Notes: a model not told the origin generated them from the letters alone. Numbered from the stretch's first letter, positions 28,663 to 39,332 are shown. The stretch: DNA of 64,000 nt from Candidatus Micrarchaeota archaeon (GCA_038046805.1 JBBSVO010000004.1:97419-161418); one strand, 5' to 3'. Program-made: numbers and translations.

Positions 28663-28876
28663 GATAATCTGCCCTGTCTTTTTCCGTAAATGGACCAATC
28701 TTTCCGTTTGCCATCCCAAATGCACTTTTGACAACTTTCTTGCTTCTCAGCGCAAGAGTTATTTCGCTTTCAGGAGCGAGATTGTATTTATCTCGTTCAT
28801 CCGCAGGAACGAAAATTGCAATGGAATTTCCAACCTTTTTTATTTTCCCGTGTATTAATTCTTCATGAACATCCAT
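28652..28876 (-). CDS. AbrB/MazE-family antitoxin
   Basis: IKKVGNSIAIFVP; palindrome AGTATAATTATACT just upstream. Confidence 0.88.
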   Translation of the reverse strand: MDVHEELIHGKIKKVGNSIAIFVPADERDKYNLAPESEITLALRSKKVVKSAFGMANGKIGPFTEKDRADYHGK

Positions 28877-29037
28877 AGTTTCACCGAGTATAATTATACT
28901 TAGTTAAACTTATAAAACCATATTTTGTGAAAAACCTTGCGAAATCTATATAAACCCCAATCGTAGATTAAGTTTAACTGTTTCTAAATAATCAAAACTG
29001 GAAACTCTAGACTGTAAACTGGATTGGAGGTGCGGTA

Positions 29038-29742
29038 ATGGAAAAACTGAACTTTAACACTAAGACAATAGTATTTTTGGCTCTGTTCGCAATAGTTTCG
29101 CTTATAGGACTTAACGTGAATTTCTCAAAACTGGTTGGCGCTGAAAACCAATTCTTCACTCTATTCCAGTTCTTTGGACCAATTGCAGGTGGATTCCTCG
29201 GTGCAACAGTTGGCGTGGCATCAGTATTGCTCGCACAACTGGTAAATTACCTATTCGTTGGAAAGGAATTGAATCTGCTGAATCTGCTTAGATTGACTCC
29301 GATGTTATTCGGTGCGTACTATTTCGCAAAGAACAAGGACAGGTTGCTGAACGACAGATTAAGCATTGCAATTCCGATTGTGGCAATGGCAGCATTTATG
29401 CTTCACCCAATTGGAAGAGAAGTCTGGTATTTCTCGCTTTACTGGACAATTCCGATAATTGCAAAGCTTTTGCCAGACCATTTAATCCTCAGAAGCCTTG
29501 GAGCAACTATGACGACTCACGCGGTTGGCGGTGCATTCTGGGTATGGACGATTCCGATGACTGCGGCACAATGGCAGGCATTGATTCCGGTTGTTGCATA
29601 CGAACGCGCATTGTTTGCACTGGGAATTGCGGCGAGCTATGTTGCATTCAACACCGTACTTAACAAGATTGCGGAAATAAATCCCGGAATATTTGGCGGT
29701 ATGGTGAACGTAGAGCAAAAATACGTGCTTGCTAAATTCTGA
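29038..29742 (+). CDS. Membrane protein, probable ECF transporter S-component-like
   Basis: About six TM helices; FGPIAGGFLGATVG pattern. Confidence 0.55.
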   Translation: MEKLNFNTKTIVFLALFAIVSLIGLNVNFSKLVGAENQFFTLFQFFGPIAGGFLGATVGVASVLLAQLVNYLFVGKELNLLNLLRLTPMLFGAYYFAKNKDRLLNDRLSIAIPIVAMAAFMLHPIGREVWYFSLYWTIPIIAKLLPDHLILRSLGATMTTHAVGGAFWVWTIPMTAAQWQALIPVVAYERALFALGIAASYVAFNTVLNKIAEINPGIFGGMVNVEQKYVLAKF

Positions 29743-29750
29743 GGAAAAAC

Positions 29751-29856
29751 TGTTCTTTTTTCTTTTTCAAATTTTTATTTTTTCTTTTTATCGTTCATAG
29801 TTCTGGTTTTTTTATTTTTACCTGCATTATTCTTCTGGTTTGATTTTTCCTTTTTT
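29751..29856 (+). terminator. Long T-rich tract downstream of the membrane protein gene
   Basis: Multiple oligo-T runs, typical of archaeal terminators. Confidence 0.4.
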
Positions 29857-29950
29857 AATCCCTCGAATTCCCCTCAGCTTGCTGCGGGGGAGGTTCATCT
29901 TTCGCTCTTTTTCTCCTTGATTTTTATTCTTTCCCATATTTATCTTTCAT

Positions 29951-30730
29951 ATGAAAATCCGCCTTTGCATAGACAAAACAGTTCACGACAATGCGGCATA
30001 TTACTACGATCAGGCAAAGGAAATGCGGGAAAAGGCAAAGGGACTTGAAACAGCAATCGCGGAAACAAAAAAAGAGATGGAAAAGGCGCAAAAAGAGGAG
30101 AAGAAAAAAACTGAGAAATTAAAGGAATCCGTGAAAGTCAAGCGCGAAAAAGAATGGTACGAAAAATTCCACTGGTTTAATACATCCGGAAACAGGCTCG
30201 CAATCGGTGGAAAGGACGCACAGCAGAACGACCTGGTCTTTGCAAGGTATATGGACGAGGGCGATTTGTTCTTCCACGCGGACATACAGGGCGGCTCAGT
30301 AGTAATATTAAAAGACGGAACAAACGCGAGCGAACAGGAGAAAAAGGAGGCGGCGCAGTTCGCGGCATCATTTTCAAACGCATGGAAAAACGGGAATGCA
30401 AGCGTTGATGTTTACGCAGTGCAAAAGAGCCAGATTTCAAAACACGCAACCGGAGGATATATACCCACGGGCGCGTTCGCGATAACCGGAAGCAGAGAAT
30501 GGTTCAGGAAAACGACTCTTGGCCTGCGGCTCGGGAAGACCGGAAAACCGGAAATAGCTGTCATTGTTCCGCAACTATCGGAAAAAAAACTCGGAAATAT
30601 GATGTCCCTTGTCCCAATGGTTGGGGGAAAGGAAAAGGGGGAGCTTGCGAAACCGCTTGCAAAAAAACTTGGCGTGCACCCAGACGAGCTGTTGCAGATA
30701 CTTCCAAGCGGAAAAAACAAGGTCGTATAG
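29951..30730 (+). CDS. NFACT RNA-binding domain (DUF814) protein, Rqc2/NEMF C-terminal part
   Basis: NAAYYYDQAK, WYEKFHWF, GGKDAQQND, FHADIQGG, GAFAITG. Confidence 0.88.
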   Translation: MKIRLCIDKTVHDNAAYYYDQAKEMREKAKGLETAIAETKKEMEKAQKEEKKKTEKLKESVKVKREKEWYEKFHWFNTSGNRLAIGGKDAQQNDLVFARYMDEGDLFFHADIQGGSVVILKDGTNASEQEKKEAAQFAASFSNAWKNGNASVDVYAVQKSQISKHATGGYIPTGAFAITGSREWFRKTTLGLRLGKTGKPEIAVIVPQLSEKKLGNMMSLVPMVGGKEKGELAKPLAKKLGVHPDELLQILPSGKNKVV

Positions 30731-30794
30731 CACCATTTATATTTCTTCTCGCAGAAGTCAGCACAGGAACTTTTTATAGTGCAGGTGTATCATC

Positions 30795-33704
30795 ATGCCA
30801 ATGCGTATCGAAGTCAGCATTAAGGATTCCGTAAAGGACGTCATAGGCGACCGCACAAAGGAACGCATAGAGCGGGAGCTTGGACTCAAGGCCTCATTTT
30901 CCCATTTCGTTGAAGCGTATAATATAGACGCCGACCTGAGCAACGAAGAAATACAAAAATTAGGAAGCGAGGTTTTCACGGATGCGGTAATCCAGGATTA
31001 TCATTGCGACAAACCATCATTTGAGCACCTCTGGCGTATAGAAATCGGATTTCTTCCAGGAGTAACTGACAACGTAGGAAAAAGCGCAAAAGAAGGGATA
31101 AAGGACGCGTTCGGAAAGAACGTGGACGTGTATTATTCCCGCATGTATGCTCTGGGCGGGGATGCAATGGACGAAGATGCATGCATCCGCATTTCTCAAA
31201 CTCTGTATAATCCACTTGTAGAGCGCGCGATTATACACGCACCGCTTCACCCTGCAAAACCATATGTACCACGTGTTGAATTAAAGCATGAGCCAAACGT
31301 TGAAAGAATAAGCCTTAGAATAAACGAGGACAAACTTGAAACACTTGCCAAGCAAAGGATACTTGCACTAAACATGGAAGAATTAAAGATAATAAAAACG
31401 CATTTTAAAGAGGAAAAATTCATTGCGGAAAGAGAAACTGTTGGTCTAGATGAAAAAATAACGGATGTGGAACTGGAATTGCTGGCGCAAACCTGGAGTG
31501 AACACTGCAAGCATAAGATATTCAACGCGCAGATAACCTATGCAGACAAAGGAGAAAGTCACGCGATACATTCTTTATTCAAAACATTCATTCAGGGAGC
31601 TACGGAAATGGCAAAAAAGCCATATGTTGTCAGCGTGTTCAAAGACAATGGCGGAATAATAAAATTCAATCAGGATTGGGATATCGCAGTAAAGGTTGAA
31701 ACTCATAATGCGCCGTCCGCCCTTGACCCATATGGAGGCGCACTTACCGGAGTTCTCGGAGTTCAAAGAGATATTCTCGGAACAGGAATGGGGGCAAAAC
31801 CAATTGCGAATATAGATATTTTATGTTTTGGACCGCTCGGAATAAAACAAAGCGAACTTCCAAAAGGTGTTTTGCACCCCAGGCGAATATATGAAGGAGT
31901 CACAAAGGGCGTTGAACATGGCGGAAATAAGATGGGGATTCCGAATGTGAATGGATCGATTGTTTATGAAAATGGATTTACTGCAAGGCCTTTGGTGTAT
32001 TGTGGAACAATCGGAATACTGCCATCGCAGATAAATGGCAAAAGAACAAGCGAAAAAACAATAAAACCCGGCCATCTTGCGATAATGGTCGGTGGAAGAA
32101 TAGGAAAGGATGGAATTCATGGCGCAACTTTTTCTTCACAACAAATAGACGAACATACTCCCCAAAGTGTTGTGCAGATAGGAGATCCGATAACACAAAA
32201 GAAAATGATGGATATGATTCTTGAAGCACGAGATTTGGGGCTTTATGATGCAATAACAGATAATGGGGCGGGCGGACTTTCATCCAGCGTTGGGGAACTG
32301 GCACAACTCTCTGGTGGTTGCGAAATTTATCTTGACAAATGTCCTCTCAAATATCCAGGGCTTGACCCATGGGAAATTCTTGTTTCTGAATCTCAGGAAA
32401 GAATGACTCTTGCAATCCATCCTGAAAAATTAAAACAACTGGAACATCTTGCAAAAAAACATGATACAGAAGTAAGTGTAGTCGGAAAATTCACAAATAG
32501 CGGAAAACTTCATGCATTTTACGGAGAACAAACCGTGGCGTATCTGGATATGAACTTCCTTCACGACGGCTTGCCAAAAATGAAACTAAAGGCAGTGAGA
32601 AAGCCAAAGGAATTTCCACAACCTGAGATAATCGAAACAGATCTTTCTGAAGTGTTAAAGAGGCTGCTTTCATCACCGAACATTGCAACCAAAGAGGTAA
32701 TCACGCGGCAATACGACCATGAAGTAAAGGGAATGAGTGTGATAAAGCCCGTTATGATTGGACCAAACGATGCAGGCGTAATCAAACCTATTCTTGATTC
32801 TGATGAAGGGATTGTAATTGCACACGGCATATGCCCGAAAATCATGCAAGACGCATATGATATGGCAACTAATGCATTTGACGAAGCAGTCAGGAACGCT
32901 ATTGCAGTTGGCGCGAAATTTGGATATATGGCATGCCTGGACAATTTTTCATGGCCAGACCCGGTACAGTCTGAGAAAACCCCTGATGGAGAAGCGAAAT
33001 TGGCAGAGCTTGTTCGCGCATGCATTGCGCTCCATGATCTTGCGATTGCATATGGAATTCCGATAATTTCCGGGAAGGACAGCATGAAAAATGATTATTA
33101 TTCAGGTGAAAGGAAATATTCAATCCCACCGACATTGTTGATCACGGTTGTTGCAAAAATGGACGATGTGAAAAAAGCCGTAAGCGCAGAATTCAAACAA
33201 GTCGGAGATTATATTTACGTTCTTGGAAAAACCCGGGCAGAAATGGGCGGAAGCGAATACTTCAAACTGTTCGGAAATATAGGAAATAACCAGCCAAAAG
33301 TAAGGCCGGGTGAAACTATGCCTACATATAAAGCAATTTCCGAGGCGATAGAAAGCGGGCTCGTTTCATCCGTGCATGATATATCAGATGGTGGATTGGC
33401 AATTGCACTTGTGGAATGTGCATTCCCAACTGGAATCGGAGTAGATGTGGATTTTTCACAGCTTCAACGCGAGACTGATAATGAAGATGCGCTTTTGTTT
33501 TCTGAGAGCCCGGGAAGGTTTGTGGTAAGCGTGAACGAAAAACACTGCGCTGCATTTGAAAAACTGATGCATGGAAAAATTTTCGGAAAGATTGGGAGAG
33601 TACGCGGGGATAAACGATTCATAATAAGAAAAGGACACGAACGGACTATAATCAACGAGGATATTGAAGATTTGAAAACAGCATGGAATAATCCTAGATA
33701 CTGA
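30795..33704 (+). CDS. purL: Phosphoribosylformylglycinamidine synthase synthetase subunit with N-terminal PurS-like region
   Basis: QTWSEHCKH, KVETHN, DGIHGA, DNGAGG, SESQERM, ISGKDS, HDISDGG. Confidence 0.96.
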   Translation: MPMRIEVSIKDSVKDVIGDRTKERIERELGLKASFSHFVEAYNIDADLSNEEIQKLGSEVFTDAVIQDYHCDKPSFEHLWRIEIGFLPGVTDNVGKSAKEGIKDAFGKNVDVYYSRMYALGGDAMDEDACIRISQTLYNPLVERAIIHAPLHPAKPYVPRVELKHEPNVERISLRINEDKLETLAKQRILALNMEELKIIKTHFKEEKFIAERETVGLDEKITDVELELLAQTWSEHCKHKIFNAQITYADKGESHAIHSLFKTFIQGATEMAKKPYVVSVFKDNGGIIKFNQDWDIAVKVETHNAPSALDPYGGALTGVLGVQRDILGTGMGAKPIANIDILCFGPLGIKQSELPKGVLHPRRIYEGVTKGVEHGGNKMGIPNVNGSIVYENGFTARPLVYCGTIGILPSQINGKRTSEKTIKPGHLAIMVGGRIGKDGIHGATFSSQQIDEHTPQSVVQIGDPITQKKMMDMILEARDLGLYDAITDNGAGGLSSSVGELAQLSGGCEIYLDKCPLKYPGLDPWEILVSESQERMTLAIHPEKLKQLEHLAKKHDTEVSVVGKFTNSGKLHAFYGEQTVAYLDMNFLHDGLPKMKLKAVRKPKEFPQPEIIETDLSEVLKRLLSSPNIATKEVITRQYDHEVKGMSVIKPVMIGPNDAGVIKPILDSDEGIVIAHGICPKIMQDAYDMATNAFDEAVRNAIAVGAKFGYMACLDNFSWPDPVQSEKTPDGEAKLAELVRACIALHDLAIAYGIPIISGKDSMKNDYYSGERKYSIPPTLLITVVAKMDDVKKAVSAEFKQVGDYIYVLGKTRAEMGGSEYFKLFGNIGNNQPKVRPGETMPTYKAISEAIESGLVSSVHDISDGGLAIALVECAFPTGIGVDVDFSQLQRETDNEDALLFSESPGRFVVSVNEKHCAAFEKLMHGKIFGKIGRVRGDKRFIIRKGHERTIINEDIEDLKTAWNNPRY

Positions 33705-33719
33705 AAGTAAATTGGTGAT

Positions 33720-35456
33720 GTGTTAATGCTTCAAAAAGCAAAATCAGAAATCGCAAAATGGCTGGCAAAGGAACTCGGGGTAGCGGAAGAGACCTTACTT
33801 GCAACGCTGGATACTCCAAAGGATGAATTCGGGGATTTGACCACGAGAATAGCATTTGTGCTGGCAAAAGAAAGAAAGGAGAATCCGGTTAAAATAGCCG
33901 CAGAGCTCGTCAAACAATTGAAGCCGAACGGTTATGTGGAAAAGATATCCGCGACAGGCCCGTATCTGAATTTCCATTTCTCAAACGAATTTTATTCCGA
34001 TGCGCTTGCGGAAATAAAAAAAGAAGATTCAAAATTCGGAAAAGGAAAAAAGACAGGAAAGAAAATGGCTGTGGAATTTTTCCATGCAAACACTCACAAG
34101 GGTGTGCATATCGGACATATACGAAATATTTCCACAGGAGAAGCGCTGAGCAGGGTGCTCGATGCCGCAGGAAACAAGGTGGTGCGGCTGAATTATCAGG
34201 GAGATATTGGTCCGCATGTAGCAAAATGTATTTGGGGCGTCCTCAATCTATACGGAGGTAAAGTGCCGGATGACAACCGAGATAACCGCGGAGTCTGGCT
34301 TGGAAAGGTTTATTCAGAGGCAACCAAAAAAACAGAAGGGAATCCGGAGCTTGAGGCAAAAGTCCAGGAAATAAACCAAAAAATTTACGCCGGGGATAAA
34401 AAACTCGCAGATGTTTGGAAAAAAACGCGCCAGTGGTGCCTAGATGACTTTGAGGAATTCTATAAGGAGTTTGGGGTGAAATTTGACGAGCTTTATTTTG
34501 AAAGCCAGACTGAAAAAATCGGAAAGGAAACTGCACTTGAACTGGTTAAGAAAAGCGTTGCCAAAAAGGATCAGGGCGCAATAATAATGGACTTGAAAGA
34601 TGACGGGCTTGGCGTGTTCGTTCTTGTCACAACAGAGGGCTATCCACTTTATTCTGCAAAAGATCTTGGACTTGCAAAAATAAAATTCAAAAAATACAAA
34701 CCAGACAAAAGCATTCATGTTGTAGGAAAGGAACAGGAATTATATTTTAAACAGCTTTTCAAAACGTTTGAAAAAGCCGGGATTGCAGGAATGGAGGATA
34801 TGGCACGGGCAGCACAAGCATCGTACCACCTAATATATGAACTCGTTATGCTTCCAGAAGGCAAAATGTCATCGCGAGAGGGGACGATGGTGCTGTATGT
34901 TGACCTTCGAGACAAATTACTGGAACTGGTCAAAGAAGAAGTAAGAAAAAGGCACGAAGACTGGGAACAGAAACGAGTGGAAGAAACATCCATGAAAATC
35001 ACACTTGCAGCAATAAAATTTTCCATGCTTAACAGGGAAAGTAACAAAGTAATGGTATTTGACTGGGATCAAGCACTTAATCTTGAAGGTGAATCCGGGC
35101 CATACATTCAATATGCGTGCGTTAGGGTACGGGGGATTTTAGAGAAAGTTGGAAAAATAAAGGAATCTGCAGCAACAGACTATTCGATGACTCATGAAGA
35201 ACGCAAACTAATCAAAAAGCTTTGTGAATTTCCGGAGATTGTTAAAAATAGTGCAGAACATCTGGCAGTTTACAGAGTTGCAAATTATCTTATAGACGTG
35301 GCAGCCGAGTTTAGCAAATTCTACAATGTTTCTCCTGTTGCAAATGCTGAAAGCGAAAGCGCGAAGGCAGCAAGGAAAAGAATTGTTGAGGCAACTGGAA
35401 TAGTTTTGAGAAACGGGCTCGAACTTCTTGGGATTGAAGTGCCTGAGAGGATGTAA
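33720..35456 (+). CDS. argS: Arginine--tRNA ligase
   Basis: HIGHIRN, GKMSSREG, GPYIQYA, GIEVPERM. Confidence 0.97.
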   Translation: MLMLQKAKSEIAKWLAKELGVAEETLLATLDTPKDEFGDLTTRIAFVLAKERKENPVKIAAELVKQLKPNGYVEKISATGPYLNFHFSNEFYSDALAEIKKEDSKFGKGKKTGKKMAVEFFHANTHKGVHIGHIRNISTGEALSRVLDAAGNKVVRLNYQGDIGPHVAKCIWGVLNLYGGKVPDDNRDNRGVWLGKVYSEATKKTEGNPELEAKVQEINQKIYAGDKKLADVWKKTRQWCLDDFEEFYKEFGVKFDELYFESQTEKIGKETALELVKKSVAKKDQGAIIMDLKDDGLGVFVLVTTEGYPLYSAKDLGLAKIKFKKYKPDKSIHVVGKEQELYFKQLFKTFEKAGIAGMEDMARAAQASYHLIYELVMLPEGKMSSREGTMVLYVDLRDKLLELVKEEVRKRHEDWEQKRVEETSMKITLAAIKFSMLNRESNKVMVFDWDQALNLEGESGPYIQYACVRVRGILEKVGKIKESAATDYSMTHEERKLIKKLCEFPEIVKNSAEHLAVYRVANYLIDVAAEFSKFYNVSPVANAESESAKAARKRIVEATGIVLRNGLELLGIEVPERM

Positions 35457-35487
35457 CAAGGTGTTACAAATTTAAATCAGTTTTCTT

Positions 35488-35578
35488 AGGGACGCGAATG
35501 CTCGCTCCGGCTCGTTATTCGCTTTATTTCCCAACAGTATAAATAAGATAAGGAAACACAATAACGGGCGCGTCCCCT
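35488..35578. repeat. Small inverted-repeat element downstream of argS
   Basis: GGGACGCG...CGCGTCCC outer and CGTTATT...AATAACG inner inverted repeats. Confidence 0.45.
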
Positions 35579-35646
35579 TCGGGTTCGCGCGGAACATTAT
35601 TTGGATTGTAGAGAGAATACAGATTTAAAGATTCTTCTGGGAATAT

Positions 35647-36342
35647 ATGTTGGCTATGCATCCTTCTTCAGGAATTCGCAGGACCAATGTGATAGTCAGA
35701 CTTGAGGACGATAACGTATTCAAGCAGTATAGAAATTTTCCGCCAGTTGTCATGGGCCAGGTTTTGCTTAGACTTAGAAGCCCGCGCGCCCTGTTTGGAA
35801 GGCATCGTTGCGAAGTAGAAGAAAAAAAGACAAGGCTTGTAAGAGAATCTGGTCTTCCTCTCGCGGTAGAATATATCTATTTTTTACCGGAAGGAACTCC
35901 CCCAGTTACAGTTATGAAATATAAGCCATGTTTCCAAAACGTTGAGGAGCAGATAAGAAGCGGTGTTTCAGAAGAAAGAGCGTACGAATTAGTCATGAGA
36001 TGCGCGGCTGCGTTGAACGAATTTCATTGCGCAGGCAGAACAAGCAAAGGTTTTACCCTGACACATGGGGATCCGTTCCTTGAAAATTTTGTTTTGGTGG
36101 ATGGAAAAGCAGTTCTTTTTGATTTCGAACAGGAATACCGAGATGGATCGGATGCAGTGAGATTGGACCGTCTTATTTTCTTTTGGCATGCTGCGGATGT
36201 TCTAAGGGAATGTGGGCATCTGGAACCAGGAAGGCTTGACAAACTCCAGGACGCGATAACAACCGGATATAATGGTTTTGATGAAACTCTTTCAGGAATA
36301 GGGGCATTAAGCAGGCTATATTTTCGGGCAAGATTTATGTGA
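35647..36342 (+). CDS. Protein-kinase-like phosphotransferase
   Basis: HGDPFLENF catalytic loop; FDFE. Confidence 0.7.
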   Translation: MLAMHPSSGIRRTNVIVRLEDDNVFKQYRNFPPVVMGQVLLRLRSPRALFGRHRCEVEEKKTRLVRESGLPLAVEYIYFLPEGTPPVTVMKYKPCFQNVEEQIRSGVSEERAYELVMRCAAALNEFHCAGRTSKGFTLTHGDPFLENFVLVDGKAVLFDFEQEYRDGSDAVRLDRLIFFWHAADVLRECGHLEPGRLDKLQDAITTGYNGFDETLSGIGALSRLYFRARFM

Positions 36343-36361
36343 GTAAAATTGTGAATTACCA

Positions 36362-37105
36362 TCAGGCCTTTAACCATTCCATCGTCTTCTCAAAATCCTT
36401 TTTACATCCGAATTTTGCGAAATATTTCAAAATGTTCCGCACGTCACGCTCTAAAAATTCCATTGCTCGCGGATGGGAAAGGATTACGCCCTGCCCGAAA
36501 TCAATCAAGGTCGGCGGATCGCTCATCATAATATTGTATTCGCTTATATCCGCGTGAACCAGGCCCGCGCGGTACAACTTTTTTATATCCTCCAAAATAG
36601 AGTTTAGGACGTCTTCTGATTTCGAACCAAACACATTTAGCGTTGGAAATGGCAAACCCGTCGCATCTCCGACAAAGGACATTACCAGAACGTGCCTTTG
36701 CATATAAAGAGGACGCGGCGCATGAACACCCTCATCCTCGCAAATCTTCAGATTCTTGAATTCTTTTCTTGCAAATGCAAGGACTAGGTTTCGGTCTCCA
36801 CCTTTAATCCCCATAAAGCGAGGATCGCCCTCCAGGTACTCTGCCTTTCTAAAGAAAGGAGCAGTTTCCAATTTATATATTTTAACAGCTACAAACTCCC
36901 CGCTGGATGTTGTAGCACGGAAAATATTTGCCTCTTTGCCAGTTGAAATAGGATAATCAACATTTGCAATAATCCCTTTTTTTATCATTTTTGAAAGAAC
37001 AAGAAGTGTGTCACGGTCAAAAACCTCGCTTTCTATCTTCCGCTCGGGCTTTAGAACGAAATCTTCCTTTGAAGGCTTTTTCCTGCGAGATATTCTGCGT
37101 GCCAT
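36362..37105 (-). CDS. rio1: RIO1 family serine kinase
   Basis: ISTGKEANIF, KEFKNL, VHADISEYN, IDFGQ. Confidence 0.93.
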   Translation of the reverse strand: MARRISRRKKPSKEDFVLKPERKIESEVFDRDTLLVLSKMIKKGIIANVDYPISTGKEANIFRATTSSGEFVAVKIYKLETAPFFRKAEYLEGDPRFMGIKGGDRNLVLAFARKEFKNLKICEDEGVHAPRPLYMQRHVLVMSFVGDATGLPFPTLNVFGSKSEDVLNSILEDIKKLYRAGLVHADISEYNIMMSDPPTLIDFGQGVILSHPRAMEFLERDVRNILKYFAKFGCKKDFEKTMEWLKA

Positions 37106-37111
37106 GACAGA

Positions 37112-37477
37112 TCACTTCACAAACTCGACATATCTCTTTCCCTTGAAATGATTGTCCCCAGTCAAAAGTTTTTCTATTGGGGTCGCGTAAGAGTACATGA
37201 TCGCATCTGCAAAAGATAATTTCTCTTGTTCAGCAAGCCTTCCTGAGTATTTGACATTTTCTTCCGTAAGCGGAACTATATAACTTTTCTTTTTTACAAA
37301 TTCAAGAAGTTCTTCCTGCTTGTCTTCTGGTAATCCTTTACGCGTGAAGCTTCTGGATAGCTCCCCTAGGACAAGAATAGGGGTTTTGAGATAGTTATTA
37401 TCTATAAACGGACCATAACTAGGATTCCCGCTAAAATACTCCATCCATGCGTAAGTATCCACGAAATACGTAAACAT
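37112..37477 (-). CDS. PIN-domain (VapC) toxin
   Basis: FVDTYAWMEY, LSFADA, LTGDNHF. Confidence 0.9.
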   Translation of the reverse strand: MFTYFVDTYAWMEYFSGNPSYGPFIDNNYLKTPILVLGELSRSFTRKGLPEDKQEELLEFVKKKSYIVPLTEENVKYSGRLAEQEKLSFADAIMYSYATPIEKLLTGDNHFKGKRYVEFVK

Positions 37478-37671
37478 TAGTCCTCATCCTCAACCATATC
37501 CTTTGCGGATATCTTCCCTTTCAACGCACCAAACATGCTTTTTCTTGTCTCAAAAAGTTCTTTTTTCAGAATGCGATTTACAAACTCGGACATGTTATTG
37601 TCTGATTCTTGTTTTAGCTTCTGAAATACCGACTCTTCGAGAACCAGGGTTGTTCTGACCTTTTCACTCAT
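37477..37671 (-). CDS. RHH-type antitoxin
   Basis: KVRTTLVL...NMSEFVNRIL...SMFGALKG; overlaps the toxin start. Confidence 0.8.
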   Translation of the reverse strand: MSEKVRTTLVLEESVFQKLKQESDNNMSEFVNRILKKELFETRKSMFGALKGKISAKDMVEDED

Positions 37672-37755
37672 ATGCTCACCATAGAACATATGACATAAGA
37701 CATTTTAAAAGGCTTCCGCTGAGCAAGAAGAAAGAATAAAAACAAGACGGACTGC

Positions 37756-38403
37756 CTAACTGCAAGCCTTTGAAACATCCATCGTCGGGTCATTAAGCAA
37801 TAAGTCAAGAACCATCGGCATCAGCACATAAATTAATGCGCCGAATATCGCTCCAACAATCATTGAGGTTGCCCATACTGTTGCCCTTGCCCTTGTTTCC
37901 GCGCCCATCATCTGACCAAGTGCATAAACAATCGCTGCGAGAACAGCAAGAAGCATGAAACCAATCGCAAGCGCGGATTTGATCGTTCCGCACATTGCAA
38001 ATAATGCCTGACCGATATTTCCTTCAGGACCTGCACCTGCATTAAGGGCTGAACCCAGGGTACTGCCAGCGCCACTGCCGAGTGCTGTAAATTGGCATAC
38101 CCCTCCGACTTTGATCTGCCCGGGAGGGCAAAGAGTCCCTGCTGGCGGGATATATATTCCAGTTCCAGTTCCAGTACTAGTTCCGGACCCAACATCAGTG
38201 TCTGCTTTGACAGACTGGCATTTACCTGCTACCAAAACTTGACCAGAAGGACATTGAGTTATCGCAGAACCAGATGAACCGCTTGATCCGCTCCCGCCCC
38301 ACTTCCAATTATCAAACCATCCGGAGAATGCCGCCCCTGATAATAGCAAAAAAACCAGACTAACTGCAAATAACTTATTGTATGGAAATTTGATAATTTC
38401 CAT
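37756..38403 (-). CDS. VirB2/TrbC-like pilin-type membrane protein with Cys/Gly-rich N-terminal repeats
   Basis: Signal peptide, two CPxGQxxVxGxCQ repeats, C-terminal GQMMGAETRARATVWATSM hairpin; paralogue of 18042. Confidence 0.6.
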   Translation of the reverse strand: MEIIKFPYNKLFAVSLVFLLLSGAAFSGWFDNWKWGGSGSSGSSGSAITQCPSGQVLVAGKCQSVKADTDVGSGTSTGTGTGIYIPPAGTLCPPGQIKVGGVCQFTALGSGAGSTLGSALNAGAGPEGNIGQALFAMCGTIKSALAIGFMLLAVLAAIVYALGQMMGAETRARATVWATSMIVGAIFGALIYVLMPMVLDLLLNDPTMDVSKACS

Positions 38404-38577
38404 GCTGAAAGATTTTTGCGAAAATCTTTCATTATGAGAAAAATGTGTGCCTGACATGAGATGCTTAACAAAAATAGATTTTTAAAGGTTTATACCCCCC
38501 TCAAGACACGAAACTGGAGACTGAAAACTGGATTTTCACTAAACTCTCTTCCGGAAACCAGAGCCAAAAGCCGGTAA

Positions 38578-38907
38578 TCAGATATGCCCATTCTCTTTCA
38601 ACCATCTTGCCTGGTACGGATTATATCTCCAAATAACATCTCCTTTCTTGTCGCCTTCGATTTCATATGGCTCGACGATTATGATATCTCCTTCTCTTAC
38701 CCAGACTGTGTTTTTCATTCTTCCGGGAATGCGGCACATTCTCTCCTTTCCATCCTTACACTGCACACGCATCCTGCTTCCGCCCATGAGACCGAGCACT
38801 AACCCAAGAACTTCTCTCCCTCTGGGCAGTCTAACTCGCTGCTGCTCTGGAGGAATCGGAGCCGGGCCATGTGGCTTGTACGGCCTGCTATGTTGATATC
38901 CTGGCAT
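38578..38907 (-). CDS. eif1a: Translation initiation factor aIF-1A
   Basis: RVRLPR, CRIPGRMK, WVREGDIIIV, KGDVIWRY. Confidence 0.95.
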   Translation of the reverse strand: MPGYQHSRPYKPHGPAPIPPEQQRVRLPRGREVLGLVLGLMGGSRMRVQCKDGKERMCRIPGRMKNTVWVREGDIIIVEPYEIEGDKKGDVIWRYNPYQARWLKENGHI

Positions 38908-38918
38908 AAAATTACCTT

Positions 38919-39332
38919 TTATTTGACAGACGACCTTGCGCCGCATGCCTCGCATACGACCTGCTTGAAACCATGACCGCCATCTATTATATTTGTATCG
39001 GGTTTCTTACATTCCTTGCAAATCACGTATTTGGTAGTGAAATCATCTAGTTTTGAATTAAGAGATTCTGGAACAAGTCTTCTCTGAAGAACAACCCTGT
39101 CTGCATCCTGCACAATAGGAACTGCAAGCTCCTTTGAAAGAAATTTTATAAGCATTGATTTGTCTCGCCTTAATTTGGATACAACTGCATCAAAATTCTT
39201 TATGAATGTTTTAGTTCCTTCTGTAAAGCATTCAAATTTCGGATATTCAAAACGCTCGCCAGTGCCTGCTGCCTTGGCTGGAAGTTTTGAATAAAGACTA
39301 TCCAGCAATTTATCGTAGTTTGAATCTGTCAT
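38919..39332 (-). CDS. eif2b: Translation initiation factor aIF-2 beta subunit
   Basis: YDKLLD, ERFEYP, YVICKECKKPDT...CEACGA. Confidence 0.95.
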   Translation of the reverse strand: MTDSNYDKLLDSLYSKLPAKAAGTGERFEYPKFECFTEGTKTFIKNFDAVVSKLRRDKSMLIKFLSKELAVPIVQDADRVVLQRRLVPESLNSKLDDFTTKYVICKECKKPDTNIIDGGHGFKQVVCEACGARSSVK

